Positions 1-9,061 of a stretch of DNA of 64,000 nt are shown one piece after another. The stretch comes from a bacterium (GTDB lineage: Bacteria > CLD3 > SB21). Where the stretch lies: assembly GCA_013360215.1 (NCBI GenBank), contig JABWCP010000006.1:104470-168469 (forward strand). Reading direction: 5' to 3'. Positions within the stretch are counted from its first letter, which is position 1. Each line of letters starts with the position of its first letter. Both the position numbers and the translations under genes were made by a program. The notes under the pieces are model-generated. The model saw only the letters and a program-made list of their open reading frames with translations. It had not been told where the DNA came from and did no database searches.

Positions 1-1136
1 AGGGCATAAATATCTTTTTGTGCTTGCGAGTCCCACTGAATGTGCTTCTGATAATTTTTGTAAGCATAAGACATTAAAGCGGGTGTATCTTTAAAACCGT
101 CGGCTAAATGATCCAACGCATGATTAAACGAAATGGGCTTTGGTAAGCCAATTTTATTGTCGAGTGCCCGATTTAGATAGGCATCGACACGTGGCGAAAA
201 CCTAAGATCGTCGGTAGGAAAGAGCAGGTTGAGGCAAATGTATAAACGATAATTTCTCATCCGTGTTATCGTTTCTAATCCGATACGCCATTCTTCTTCA
301 TCGATCACGCTGTCTGCCGCAAAATAGCGTATGGTTTCTTTGGTGCGATCATCCTGATCGGGATTGGCAATGCCCCCCAAAGTTTGTATCAAAAATTTTT
401 TGTAGGCCGTGTTTTGAATTTTATACCGCGTGAAGACATACAACACATCATAATGCACTTTACCGCATTCGGTGTCAAATGATATTCGTACGGCTTCATC
501 AACGGCGGACTGTATCTTGGATGGCGTCGTAAGATCGTTGAGCTTTTGTTTTAACAAATCCGCATTTTGTTTGCATCGTTCCGCTTCGGATATCGCCGTG
601 GATGCGGTGGCTACATTGTGTTCTCCTGGAAATAACGAGGCCAGATCGGCCGTCATGGCGATGCTACCCGAAAAACTAAAATAAATCTCGCCGGTAATGA
701 CATCAATCAATCGGCAATTGACATCAATATAGTTTTTAAGTTTGGTATATGTGCCTGAAAATAAAACGTCTATCGGAATAAGTTCGCCGACTTTCTGTGC
801 CTGTTCGCTATTCATCAGATCGCTCATCATCAAAGCATTTTCTTTTAAAACGGCGTCCAATCGCCGGCGTTCAAAAAGCCGAAATTGTTTGGTGCTGCCT
901 AAAGCCGATATGAGCGATTCGGTAATATATTCACCAAATTCATTTTTATTTTCCGCATCGGCTTTGGTCGGTACAAAAGTAACTACAGCTAAACGCTGCG
1001 GTTTACCGGTTGTATTAGAGGACTGTATTTTGGCGGCAATCTCCTTGATGACTTTGCCGTATTCATCCGAGGTAATAGCCCAAGTTCCGGGCGCACAGAG
1101 CCACGTGAGTGCCCACAAGTAATAAATGTTTTTCAT
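1..1136 (-). CDS. Secreted protein with N-terminal CsgG/FlgO-like (TolB_N-like) domain, truncated by the window edge
   Basis: Translated by hand because it is absent from the ORF track: ATG at 1136, MKNIYYLWALTWLCAPGTWA signal-like peptide, then RLAVVTF...FGEYITESLISAL...FRLFERRRLDAVLKE...KVGELIPIDVLFSGTY...VNCRLIDVITGEI. Frame appears open to position 1. Confidence 0.75.
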   Translation of the reverse strand, partial: MKNIYYLWALTWLCAPGTWAITSDEYGKVIKEIAAKIQSSNTTGKPQRLAVVTFVPTKADAENKNEFGEYITESLISALGSTKQFRLFERRRLDAVLKENALMMSDLMNSEQAQKVGELIPIDVLFSGTYTKLKNYIDVNCRLIDVITGEIYFSFSGSIAMTADLASLFPGEHNVATASTAISEAERCKQNADLLKQKLNDLTTPSKIQSAVDEAVRISFDTECGKVHYDVLYVFTRYKIQNTAYKKFLIQTLGGIANPDQDDRTKETIRYFAADSVIDEEEWRIGLETITRMRNYRLYICLNLLFPTDDLRFSPRVDAYLNRALDNKIGLPKPISFNHALDHLADGFKDTPALMSYAYKNYQKHIQWDSQAQKDIYA

Positions 1137-1246
1137 GCAATTTTTTGTTAATAGGTACGCTATGATATAAATCAATATTAGAATCAGCGCAAAATATCGG
1201 TATTAGAAACTATTTGCAAGTTCATGCAGAAAAAAGTAGTTTTATA

Positions 1247-1271
1247 GGAATAATTGACATTTCAATACGTT
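1247..1271 (+). promoter_or_regulatory. Putative ECF (SigR/SigH-type) autoregulatory promoter GGAAT-N17-GTT
   Basis: GGAAT at 1247-1251 and GTT at 1269-1271, 17 nt before the sigma ATG at 1289. A TTGCAA-N17-TAGTTT housekeeping-like promoter lies upstream at 1214-1242. Confidence 0.7.
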
Positions 1272-1288
1272 CTATTTTTTGGCGGCTC

Positions 1289-1843
1289 ATGACGTCTAAG
1301 GATTTTGAAAAGCAAGCACTCGCACATACGGAATCGCTGTATAATACGGCGCTACGTATGACGCATAATCCGCAGGATGCTGAAGATTTGGTACAAGAGG
1401 CATTTTACAAGGCTTTTCGTTCCATACATCAGTTTGAAGAAGGTACCAATCTTCGAGCGTGGCTTTTTAAGATTTTGGTCAATACGCATATATCGCAATA
1501 CCGTAAAAATGCAAAAGATCCTGCGACGACGGGTTACGATGATGTCGAAGAGTTTTCATTGTACAGCCAAGTAAGAAGTCGTGCTGCTTTTCCGGACGAT
1601 GCGCCAACGGATATTTTAAATCAATTTTTAGATAAAGATATCCAAGCGGCGATACAGGCGTTACCTCAGCAATTTAAAGATGTGGTAATGTTGGTTGAGA
1701 TCGAAGGTTTTTCGTATCAAGAAGCGGCGAATATTTTAGATGTACCTGTCGGTACGATTATGTCACGATTATTCAGAGGGCGTAAGCTGCTGCAAAAATC
1801 TCTATGGGAATATGCAGTGGAATACGGGTATGTGAAGAAATAA
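1289..1843 (+). CDS. ECF sigma-70 factor, SigR/SigH-like
   Basis: [33 protein letters not shown] and [28 protein letters not shown] (regions 2 and 4). ATG 1289 preferred over TTG 1214. Confidence 0.92.
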   Translation: MTSKDFEKQALAHTESLYNTALRMTHNPQDAEDLVQEAFYKAFRSIHQFEEGTNLRAWLFKILVNTHISQYRKNAKDPATTGYDDVEEFSLYSQVRSRAAFPDDAPTDILNQFLDKDIQAAIQALPQQFKDVVMLVEIEGFSYQEAANILDVPVGTIMSRLFRGRKLLQKSLWEYAVEYGYVKK

Positions 1844-1888
1844 ATAGTAAAGCGGAGTTATGAATTTCGGAGGAGTGGAGGAGAGGTT

Positions 1889-2188
1889 ATGAGTCATGTA
1901 CATCATGGCGAGGCGGATCTGCATGCGCAGAACCATCCGATCAATTGCGGTGAAATTGAACGACTTTTGTATGCTTATTTAGATGGTGAATTGCCATTGG
2001 AAGAAGTCGCGCCTTACAAAGATCATCTATCGCATTGTCCGCCTTGCAAAGCATTCGTCGAATTTGAAGAAAAAATCAGCCATCTCATCAAACAAAAATG
2101 CGGTCACAACGGTACAGATCGCGCTTGCGTGCCGACATCGCTTCATGAAAAAATACAAAAGGCGATTGCATTGTCCAAAGAAGCTTGA
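1889..2188 (+). CDS. Zinc-binding anti-sigma factor (zf-HC2/ZAS, RsrA-like)
   Basis: C...YLDGEL...HLSHCPPC (HxxxCxxC) and KQKCG; strong SD; directly follows the ECF sigma. Confidence 0.9.
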   Translation: MSHVHHGEADLHAQNHPINCGEIERLLYAYLDGELPLEEVAPYKDHLSHCPPCKAFVEFEEKISHLIKQKCGHNGTDRACVPTSLHEKIQKAIALSKEA

Positions 2189-2243
2189 TGTGCGATAGGT
2201 TGATAATAAGAGAAAAAATATAACGGCTAACGATAATACTACT

Positions 2244-3875
2244 TTACCGCCAACCTTGAGCAATAGGTAATCGCCTCCCAAAGCCGAACGACTTAGAAGT
2301 TACGCGTAAACCCGGTGCAGCCTGCCTGCGTTTATATTCATTCCGATCAATAAGCTTGAGAATTTTATGAACCGTTTCCGGGTCGTGGCCAAGCTTTATA
2401 ATCTCATCGGCCTCTAAAAGATCTTCGATATAGGCTTTCAGAATGGCATCCAGTACGTCATAAGGCGGAAGCGAATCCTGATCGGTTTGATTGGGGCGCA
2501 ATTCGGCGGAAGGCGGTTTTTCGATGGTACTTTTAGGGATAACTATTTTATCGCGATTGATCCAATTTGAAATGCGATAAACCATCGTCTTGGGCACATC
2601 ACTGATCACGGCTAAACCGCCGCACATATCACCATAGATCGTGCAGTATCCGACAGCCAGTTCGGATTTGTTGCCGGTGCTAAGTACCATGGCGTTCAAT
2701 TTATTTGAAAACGCCATCAAGATGTTGCCGCGAATCCGGGCTTGGATGTTTTCTTCCGTCGTATCCTCGGGCAAACCTTGGAAACTACCGGATAAACTCT
2801 CTAAGAAACTATGGAACATGGGTTCGATAGGAACGCTATGATACGTGATGCCGAGATTCCGAGCCAGATCGCGAGCGTCATCTTGGCTGTGATCTGAGGA
2901 ATACCGGGACGGCATGGATACGCCGATCACATTCTGCGGGCCCAAGGCACTCGCGGTGATCGCAGCAACCAACGCCGAATCAATACCGCCGGACAATCCG
3001 ATCAAGGCTTTGCGAAATCCGCATTTGTGGAGATAATCCCGTACGCCGAGCACGAGGGCATTAAAAATTTCTTCTTCGGTTGTCGGATTGGGCATAGTGA
3101 TCGTTTGCGTTGAAGGAAGGGTGAGGGAAACCTGATCTTCTTCAAACGCCTTTCCGGCCGCGATTGGTATTCCTTCCGCATTGAGCGCAAAACTACGCCC
3201 GTCAAATATCAAGCTGTCATTGCCGCCGACAAGATTGACGAAAAGTATCGGTTTACGGTATTTAATAGCGATGCTGCGAAACATTTCCAAACGCAAATGA
3301 TGTTTTTGTACATGGAAAGGTGACGCGGAAATATTGATCAGTATTTCTGCACCTTGATTGAAAAGTTCTTCGATCGGGTCATTGTGATAGATGCGCCGCT
3401 TCCAAAAATCCTTGTCATTCCAGCTGTCTTCGCAAATGGAGATGCCGAGTTTGACACCGCGAAAAGTAAATATTTTTTTATGTTTTGCCGGTTCAAAATG
3501 ACGCATTTCGTCAAATACATCATAGTTGGGCAGCAGCGTTTTGTATTGTATGCCGATAATCTGGCGGTTTTCGATCAATGCCGCTGCGTTAAATACATGA
3601 TGACCTTCCGGATCATTATTGGGCGCGACAAAGCCGCACAAAACGCCGATGCCGTCGGTGGCTTCCCTGATCAGATCCAACATTTCCTGATTTTTTCGGA
3701 CAAAAGCTTTTTTTTCAACGAGATCTTCCGGAGGATAACCCGTAATACTCAATTCAGGAAATACGATCAGATCAGCGCCTTCGGAGCGCGCCTGACTGAT
3801 ATGTTGGATAATCCGTTCCGTATTATTGGTGAGATCGCCGACGCGGGTATTGATTTGAGCTAAAATGACTTTCAT
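2244..3875 (-). CDS. nadE: Glutamine-dependent NAD+ synthetase
   Basis: Nitrilase-like domain (FPEL, ICED) fused to synthase domain (GLSGGIDS, ENIQARIRG, TGNKSE, PPSAELRPNQTD). Confidence 0.96.
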   Translation of the reverse strand: MKVILAQINTRVGDLTNNTERIIQHISQARSEGADLIVFPELSITGYPPEDLVEKKAFVRKNQEMLDLIREATDGIGVLCGFVAPNNDPEGHHVFNAAALIENRQIIGIQYKTLLPNYDVFDEMRHFEPAKHKKIFTFRGVKLGISICEDSWNDKDFWKRRIYHNDPIEELFNQGAEILINISASPFHVQKHHLRLEMFRSIAIKYRKPILFVNLVGGNDSLIFDGRSFALNAEGIPIAAGKAFEEDQVSLTLPSTQTITMPNPTTEEEIFNALVLGVRDYLHKCGFRKALIGLSGGIDSALVAAITASALGPQNVIGVSMPSRYSSDHSQDDARDLARNLGITYHSVPIEPMFHSFLESLSGSFQGLPEDTTEENIQARIRGNILMAFSNKLNAMVLSTGNKSELAVGYCTIYGDMCGGLAVISDVPKTMVYRISNWINRDKIVIPKSTIEKPPSAELRPNQTDQDSLPPYDVLDAILKAYIEDLLEADEIIKLGHDPETVHKILKLIDRNEYKRRQAAPGLRVTSKSFGFGRRLPIAQGWR

Positions 3876-3909
3876 GTATTAACTATGATCGTTTAGGCTT
3901 ATCAATAAA

Positions 3910-4032
3910 AAAGGTCACTCGAAAATGCGTCCAGCTTGTCTGAAAAATAAGAATCTGTGTGGGTAATCTAAAATCGGCACAACAGATGCGTGATTCAGTA
4001 TGCTACAGATGACGCTTTTTGGAGCAACCTTT
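3910..4032 (-). ncRNA. Candidate structured RNA (long imperfect hairpin ending in a U-tract) upstream of nadE
   Basis: Minus-strand pairings: AAAGGUUGCUC/GAGUGACCUUU, AAAA-GCGUC/GACGC-UUUU, UAGC/GCUG, CUGAA/UUCAG, AUCUGU/ACAGAU, GUG/CAC. The G-U wobbles work only on the minus strand. Confidence 0.45.
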
Positions 4033-4054
4033 GTGTGAATTTCTTAATAGGTTA

Positions 4055-4468
4055 TCAATGGCGCAAAACTTCGAGAACTTTGCCGCCGACACGAAAAGAT
4101 TGATATTGCGGATCAACTTCGATCGGCGAAAGTTCGGCATTGGCCGGTTGTAAAATAATTTTACTTCCGCGTTTGTAAATACGTTTTACCGTAGCCTCTT
4201 CATTGACGTAGGCAATAACGATGTCACCATTGATAAATTCGTTAGTCTGACGGCATACGATGTAGTTTCCGTTAAAAATACCGTCTTCGATCATCGAGTC
4301 TCCAACAATCTGGAGTGCAAAAAGTTTTTTATCCTCCGGCGAATAACGGGAAGAAACAACATGGCCGAGTGAAACCTCCTCACTAAAGCGCGGTGTTCCG
4401 GCAGCTACTTTACCGACGACGGGAATGCCCGGGTTTTGCTGATTATCGTAAATAATCTTCGGCTCCAT
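4055..4468 (-). CDS. Stand-alone LexA-type S24 autopeptidase domain with no DNA-binding domain
   Basis: IPVVGKVAAGTP (Ala-Gly cleavage site), GDSM (catalytic Ser), ATVKR (catalytic Lys), LQPAN; 137 aa; SD GGGAG lies in the 3' end of glnE. Confidence 0.85.
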   Translation of the reverse strand: MEPKIIYDNQQNPGIPVVGKVAAGTPRFSEEVSLGHVVSSRYSPEDKKLFALQIVGDSMIEDGIFNGNYIVCRQTNEFINGDIVIAYVNEEATVKRIYKRGSKIILQPANAELSPIEVDPQYQSFRVGGKVLEVLRH

Positions 4469-4470
4469 AT

Positions 4471-7377
4471 TTATACTCCCAGATAATGGAGAAATAAACG
4501 ATGATTGGATTCTTTGATTTGTTCAAGCCGCATTAGAAATGCGCCTCTAGTTTCAAATTCGAGAAAATTGGCGATAAAGGCAAGCTGTTTTTCATCGGAA
4601 GGCAGGCGCGAAGACTTGCGTTCGAAGAGTAAAAAAGCCGCTTCTTCGATGCGCCGTAAAAGATAATAGTTGGTTGTAAGTATAGACGCATCGTCAGCCA
4701 GAAGCAGGCCTGTCGATGTGAAGCTGTTGATGGCCTGTACGGTGCTGTGTACCGGTGATTGTGGCAAACGATCACCGTGAAGTAATTGTAATCCTTGTAC
4801 GAGGTATTCGATGTCCAGCAACCCGCCGCGGCATGTTTTGATTTCATACACCGCATCGGCCGGAGATTTGATTTTTTCGCGTATTTGACGTTCACGCATA
4901 CTGGTTATTTCTTGACGAATATTCCATTTTTTTGATGCCGCCCTTAGTTGCTCATAACGCCACGATTCGAATTGAGAGTGGAGATCAGACGAACCGGCAA
5001 TACAACGCGCCTTAATCAACGACTGGACCTCCCAAAACATGGCACGGCTTGAAAAATATTCCTTATATCGTGACAGCGTAACGACAAGCGGCGCTTGGGC
5101 ACCTTCCGGGCGCAAACGGGCATCCATATCATAAATTTTCCCCTCGGACGCGTGGTCGGTGATGCGCTGATGAACGCGGCGAGCTTGAGAAATAAAATGA
5201 TCCACATCCGCGTCATCCGAACAAACCCAAACGACATCCAAATCGGATCGGTAGCTCAGTTCACTTCCGCCCAACTTTCCCATACCTAAGAGAATAATTG
5301 GATCCTCCATCAAGAGCACTTCACTGAAGGCGGTTTGTAAAATGTGGTCCGCGAGCTTCGAAAGATACAAATAGGGCTCTGACGGCGAAGTCGGTTGGTT
5401 GCGGTTTGTGAGGGCGCATTGAACCCAACCAAGACGGCGAATGTGCTGAAGATTTTTTGTCAAACGGTAAATGGCTTGCCCGTCCTGATGGGGCGTTGAT
5501 AACCATGTCGGGAGCTGTATCTGCAGCCAATCCAAATAGGAAGGTCTTTCACAAAAAATCTGTGTCAATCCCGGTGCTAACGAACAAAGATAAACAAGGT
5601 GTTTTCGATATTCGGCATTTTGCGACAACGAGCGATATAGCATATCGGCAAAAGGTTGCGCCGCGACGATGCGTTCAAGATGTGCCAGCGTCGAATCCGG
5701 ATCGTGCGTCTGACCAACATCAGTCAGTAAGATTTCCAGCAGTTCCGCAAGGCATTCACGAACTGAGTTGCCGTATAATTTGGGAAACTGTCCCATAGCC
5801 AAAAGGCGAATCGTACGATGCGTTCGATCCGGATCGGTGAAATGATGTTCCTGCAAAAAACGAATTCCCTCTTCAGAACACACCTCTGAAATCAATCCCG
5901 AAAATACTGAGGTTGCACGGTTATCAATTTCAAATACAGATAGATAAATCGCGCGAACAGATTTCAAATTTTCATTTAAAACTGATTCTAAAGTCGAACC
6001 GTTCGTATAACCTAGTAGAATCGCGATTTTTGTGAATTCATCGGTTGTCCCGCTCAGGGTGTGCTTCTGGGTGTCTTTTTCGATCTGAAGTATATGCTCG
6101 ATTTTTCGATAAAAAATATACGCGGAGCTCAGCGTTTGAAATTCGTTGGGCGAAAGCAGTTTTTGTGAAAAAAGCTGTTTGAGTCCTTTGAGTGTGTTTC
6201 CGGTTCGAATTTCCGTCATTTGTCCGCCGTGGATAAGCTGAAGTGCTTGTACGATAAATTCGATATCGCGGATTCCGCCGGGGCATATTTTGATGTTTAG
6301 GTGATCGGAGGATTTTTGCTCTTCGATGCGCCACTTCATGGCGGCGACTTCGTGCAAGGGCGATTGGAAAAAAGTTTTAGGATACACAAAAGGTTCCAAC
6401 CGTTTGATAAAACGAGCACCGAATTCCAAATCGCCGGCCACGGGTCTGGCCTTGATAAGCATTTGCCGCTCCCACGTTTGACCGCGCGCTTCGTAATAAT
6501 ATAAAAAACTGGAAACACACCGCGCAAGCGGACCGGCATCGCCGTCAGGACGGAGCCGCGCGTCCACACGGTAAAGCTGACCCTCGGATGTATTTTTGGC
6601 AATGTGTGCGATCAGGCCGGACGCTAAGCGATTAAAATATTCATGATGAGTCAGGCGATGCTCGTTCACGATGTATTCGTTTTCTTCTTCATAGACAAAC
6701 ATCACATCAATATCGGAGCTGTAATTCAGCTCACCCCCGCCAAATTTTCCAAGAGCGATTACACAAAACGGTGTCTCCGGATTTCCCCAACGTGGCGCCA
6801 TATCCCGGCGTTGCGCATCCAACGCACCTTGCAGTACACATTCGGCTAAGTCGCTCACGGATGCGACGGTTTTTTCGAGCGGATCCTGTAGTATATAATC
6901 CCGAATACCCAGTTTCAGCATTTCACGGCGTTTAATTTTCCGCAAAGCATCCATGACTTTGTTGAGCGACGGCGTTTGATTATGAAAAAGGCGGAGGATA
7001 TGCTGCTGGACCTCAAGTTTGTCAAAAGGACGGCAATCGTACTCGGGGCGAACGAGAAAATAAGCGTATTGGAAATCACGGATCATTAGTTCCGCGATAA
7101 AAGGACTGGATGCAAAGAGCCGCACCAGACGTGCAGTTGTAGGCGGCGTATCACTGAGCATTTTAAAAAAAGCGATGCGATCAATCACCGCACGGCTAAG
7201 GCGTTCAAATAAATTGAATATATCGTCGCAATTCGGATAAGGGCGTAATTCGTCCAATAACCGTTTGAGAAAGCGGATATCGTGCGGTTGGGTTTGGTTT
7301 GTAATGCTTTTCAGATTGGTTTCGGCCTGCGCTGTATTACGAAAAAAACTCAGGTCGTGTGAAAAAGATTCTGGCAT
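4471..7377 (-). CDS. glnE: Bifunctional glutamine synthetase adenylyltransferase/adenylyl-removing enzyme
   Basis: Two nucleotidyltransferase halves: LGKFGGGELNYSSDID...VDARLRPDG and MGKLGGSELSYRSDLD...MDARLRPEG; also GGIRDIEF and GGLLDIEY. Confidence 0.93.
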   Translation of the reverse strand: MPESFSHDLSFFRNTAQAETNLKSITNQTQPHDIRFLKRLLDELRPYPNCDDIFNLFERLSRAVIDRIAFFKMLSDTPPTTARLVRLFASSPFIAELMIRDFQYAYFLVRPEYDCRPFDKLEVQQHILRLFHNQTPSLNKVMDALRKIKRREMLKLGIRDYILQDPLEKTVASVSDLAECVLQGALDAQRRDMAPRWGNPETPFCVIALGKFGGGELNYSSDIDVMFVYEEENEYIVNEHRLTHHEYFNRLASGLIAHIAKNTSEGQLYRVDARLRPDGDAGPLARCVSSFLYYYEARGQTWERQMLIKARPVAGDLEFGARFIKRLEPFVYPKTFFQSPLHEVAAMKWRIEEQKSSDHLNIKICPGGIRDIEFIVQALQLIHGGQMTEIRTGNTLKGLKQLFSQKLLSPNEFQTLSSAYIFYRKIEHILQIEKDTQKHTLSGTTDEFTKIAILLGYTNGSTLESVLNENLKSVRAIYLSVFEIDNRATSVFSGLISEVCSEEGIRFLQEHHFTDPDRTHRTIRLLAMGQFPKLYGNSVRECLAELLEILLTDVGQTHDPDSTLAHLERIVAAQPFADMLYRSLSQNAEYRKHLVYLCSLAPGLTQIFCERPSYLDWLQIQLPTWLSTPHQDGQAIYRLTKNLQHIRRLGWVQCALTNRNQPTSPSEPYLYLSKLADHILQTAFSEVLLMEDPIILLGMGKLGGSELSYRSDLDVVWVCSDDADVDHFISQARRVHQRITDHASEGKIYDMDARLRPEGAQAPLVVTLSRYKEYFSSRAMFWEVQSLIKARCIAGSSDLHSQFESWRYEQLRAASKKWNIRQEITSMRERQIREKIKSPADAVYEIKTCRGGLLDIEYLVQGLQLLHGDRLPQSPVHSTVQAINSFTSTGLLLADDASILTTNYYLLRRIEEAAFLLFERKSSRLPSDEKQLAFIANFLEFETRGAFLMRLEQIKESNHRLFLHYLGV

Positions 7378-7478
7378 GTTTTAGTTTGAAAAAGAAAAGG
7401 CGATTCCGTAAGTTTTAATGGATATGAATTTACTTCTAAAAATAACAATTCCAATCATAAATACTCCGGAGCCTCTAT

Positions 7479-9026
7479 ATGTCTGATAAACGCGTAGAAG
7501 AACTCCATCGCCTTAAAGCAGAGGCCTTGCTGGGCGGTGGACAGAAGCGCATCGATGCGCAACATAAAAAAGGTAAACTTACGGCACGGGAACGAATCGC
7601 TGTTCTTTTAGATGAAGGTAGTTTTGAAGAATTGGATATGCTCGCACGCCATCGTTCGCACGACTTTGGTTTGGATAAGGAAAGGCCGCTCGGTGACGGC
7701 GTAGTCACGGGGTATGGTACTATTGACGGCCGTTTGGTGTATGTCTTCAGTCAGGATTTCACGGTATTCGGCGGCAGTTTGTCGGAAGTGCATGCCGAAA
7801 AAATCATAAAAATTATGAATCTCGCTATGAAAGTCGGAGCGCCGGTGATCGGTCTCAACGATTCGGGCGGTGCGCGAATTCAGGAAGGCGTCGTAAGTCT
7901 CGGCGGTTACGCGGATATTTTTCTTTTGAATACACTGGCTTCAGGAGTAGTGCCTCAAATTTCGGCGATTATGGGACCGTGTGCCGGTGGCGCGGTATAT
8001 TCTCCGGCGATTACCGACTTCATTCTGATGGTCAAAAATACCAGCTATATGTTTGTCACCGGCCCCAATGTGGTCAAAACGGTTACGCATGAAGATGTGA
8101 GTTCTGAAGATCTCGGCGGCGCTATGACCCATGCAAGCAAAAGCGGTGTCGCACACGTTGCGGCGGAAAACGAATTGGACTGTCTGATGAAAATCAGAAA
8201 ATTGTACAGTTATATGCCATCCAACAATATGGAAGATCCGCCGGTGATACCCTGCGATGATCCGGCTGATCGTTGTGAAGAGGCGCTCAAAACCATCATT
8301 CCGGACAATCCCAATAAACCATACGATATCAAAGATGTGATCAAACTTATCGTGGACAACGGTGATTTTTTTGAAATACACGAAGAATACGCCGGAAATA
8401 TCGTTGTCGGATTTGCACGACTCGGCGGGCGCTCCGTAGGTATCGTCGCCAACCAACCGGCGGTACTCGCAGGTGTGCTGGACATTGACTCTTCGATTAA
8501 AGGCGCACGGTTTGTTCGTTTTTGCGATTGTTTCAATATACCGCTTGTAGTTTTTGAAGATGTCCCCGGATTCTTGCCCGGTACGGATCAGGAATGGCGC
8601 GGCATTATCAAACATGGTGCAAAATTACTCTATGCGTTTTGTGAAGCGACGGTGCCCAAAGTCACGGTCATCACACGCAAAGCTTATGGCGGTGCGTACG
8701 ACGTGATGAATTCCAAACACGTGCGTGGCGATATGAATTTTGCCTGGCCGTCGGCCGAGATCGCCGTGATGGGAGCTAAAGGAGCGGTTGAGATCATCTT
8801 TAAAAAAGAAATAGACGCCTCGGCCAATCCGAAAGAGACCGAAGAGAAACTGACGGAAGAATACAAAGAAAAATTTGCCAACCCTTATAGTGCCGCCGAA
8901 CGCGGATACGTGGACGATGTCATCGAACCGCAACTGACGCGTCCCAAACTGATTCGCGCTTTAGCCATGCTGGAAAATAAAGTAGATACCAATCCGAAAA
9001 AGAAACACGGCAATATACCTTTGTAA
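7479..9026 (+). CDS. pccB: Acyl-CoA (propionyl-CoA) carboxylase carboxyltransferase subunit
   Basis: [39 protein letters not shown] and C-terminal KKHGNIPL. Confidence 0.92.
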   Translation: MSDKRVEELHRLKAEALLGGGQKRIDAQHKKGKLTARERIAVLLDEGSFEELDMLARHRSHDFGLDKERPLGDGVVTGYGTIDGRLVYVFSQDFTVFGGSLSEVHAEKIIKIMNLAMKVGAPVIGLNDSGGARIQEGVVSLGGYADIFLLNTLASGVVPQISAIMGPCAGGAVYSPAITDFILMVKNTSYMFVTGPNVVKTVTHEDVSSEDLGGAMTHASKSGVAHVAAENELDCLMKIRKLYSYMPSNNMEDPPVIPCDDPADRCEEALKTIIPDNPNKPYDIKDVIKLIVDNGDFFEIHEEYAGNIVVGFARLGGRSVGIVANQPAVLAGVLDIDSSIKGARFVRFCDCFNIPLVVFEDVPGFLPGTDQEWRGIIKHGAKLLYAFCEATVPKVTVITRKAYGGAYDVMNSKHVRGDMNFAWPSAEIAVMGAKGAVEIIFKKEIDASANPKETEEKLTEEYKEKFANPYSAAERGYVDDVIEPQLTRPKLIRALAMLENKVDTNPKKKHGNIPL

Positions 9027-9061
9027 AATCACGCTACGGAACGTTACAGGTAATTAAAAAA

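Noticed and set aside
472-1122. Plus-strand ORFs 472-684 and 742-1122
   Set aside because: They are antisense shadows of the minus-strand gene running from 1136 off the window edge.
1214-1288. N-terminal extension of the sigma factor from TTG 1214 (long-isoform idea)
   Set aside because: The extension overlaps the predicted promoter elements and has no SD. ATG 1289 matches where the family normally starts.
1860-1892. 10-aa mini-ORF (MNFGGVEERL) overlapping the anti-sigma start
   Set aside because: Its GGAG is only 2 nt from the ATG, and the purine-rich content is explained by the anti-sigma SD.
4055-4468. umuD of a umuDC mutagenesis cassette, or a lexA pseudogene
   Set aside because: No umuC is adjacent, there is no upstream HTH remnant, and the catalytic residues are intact. 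Kept only as an S24-only protein.
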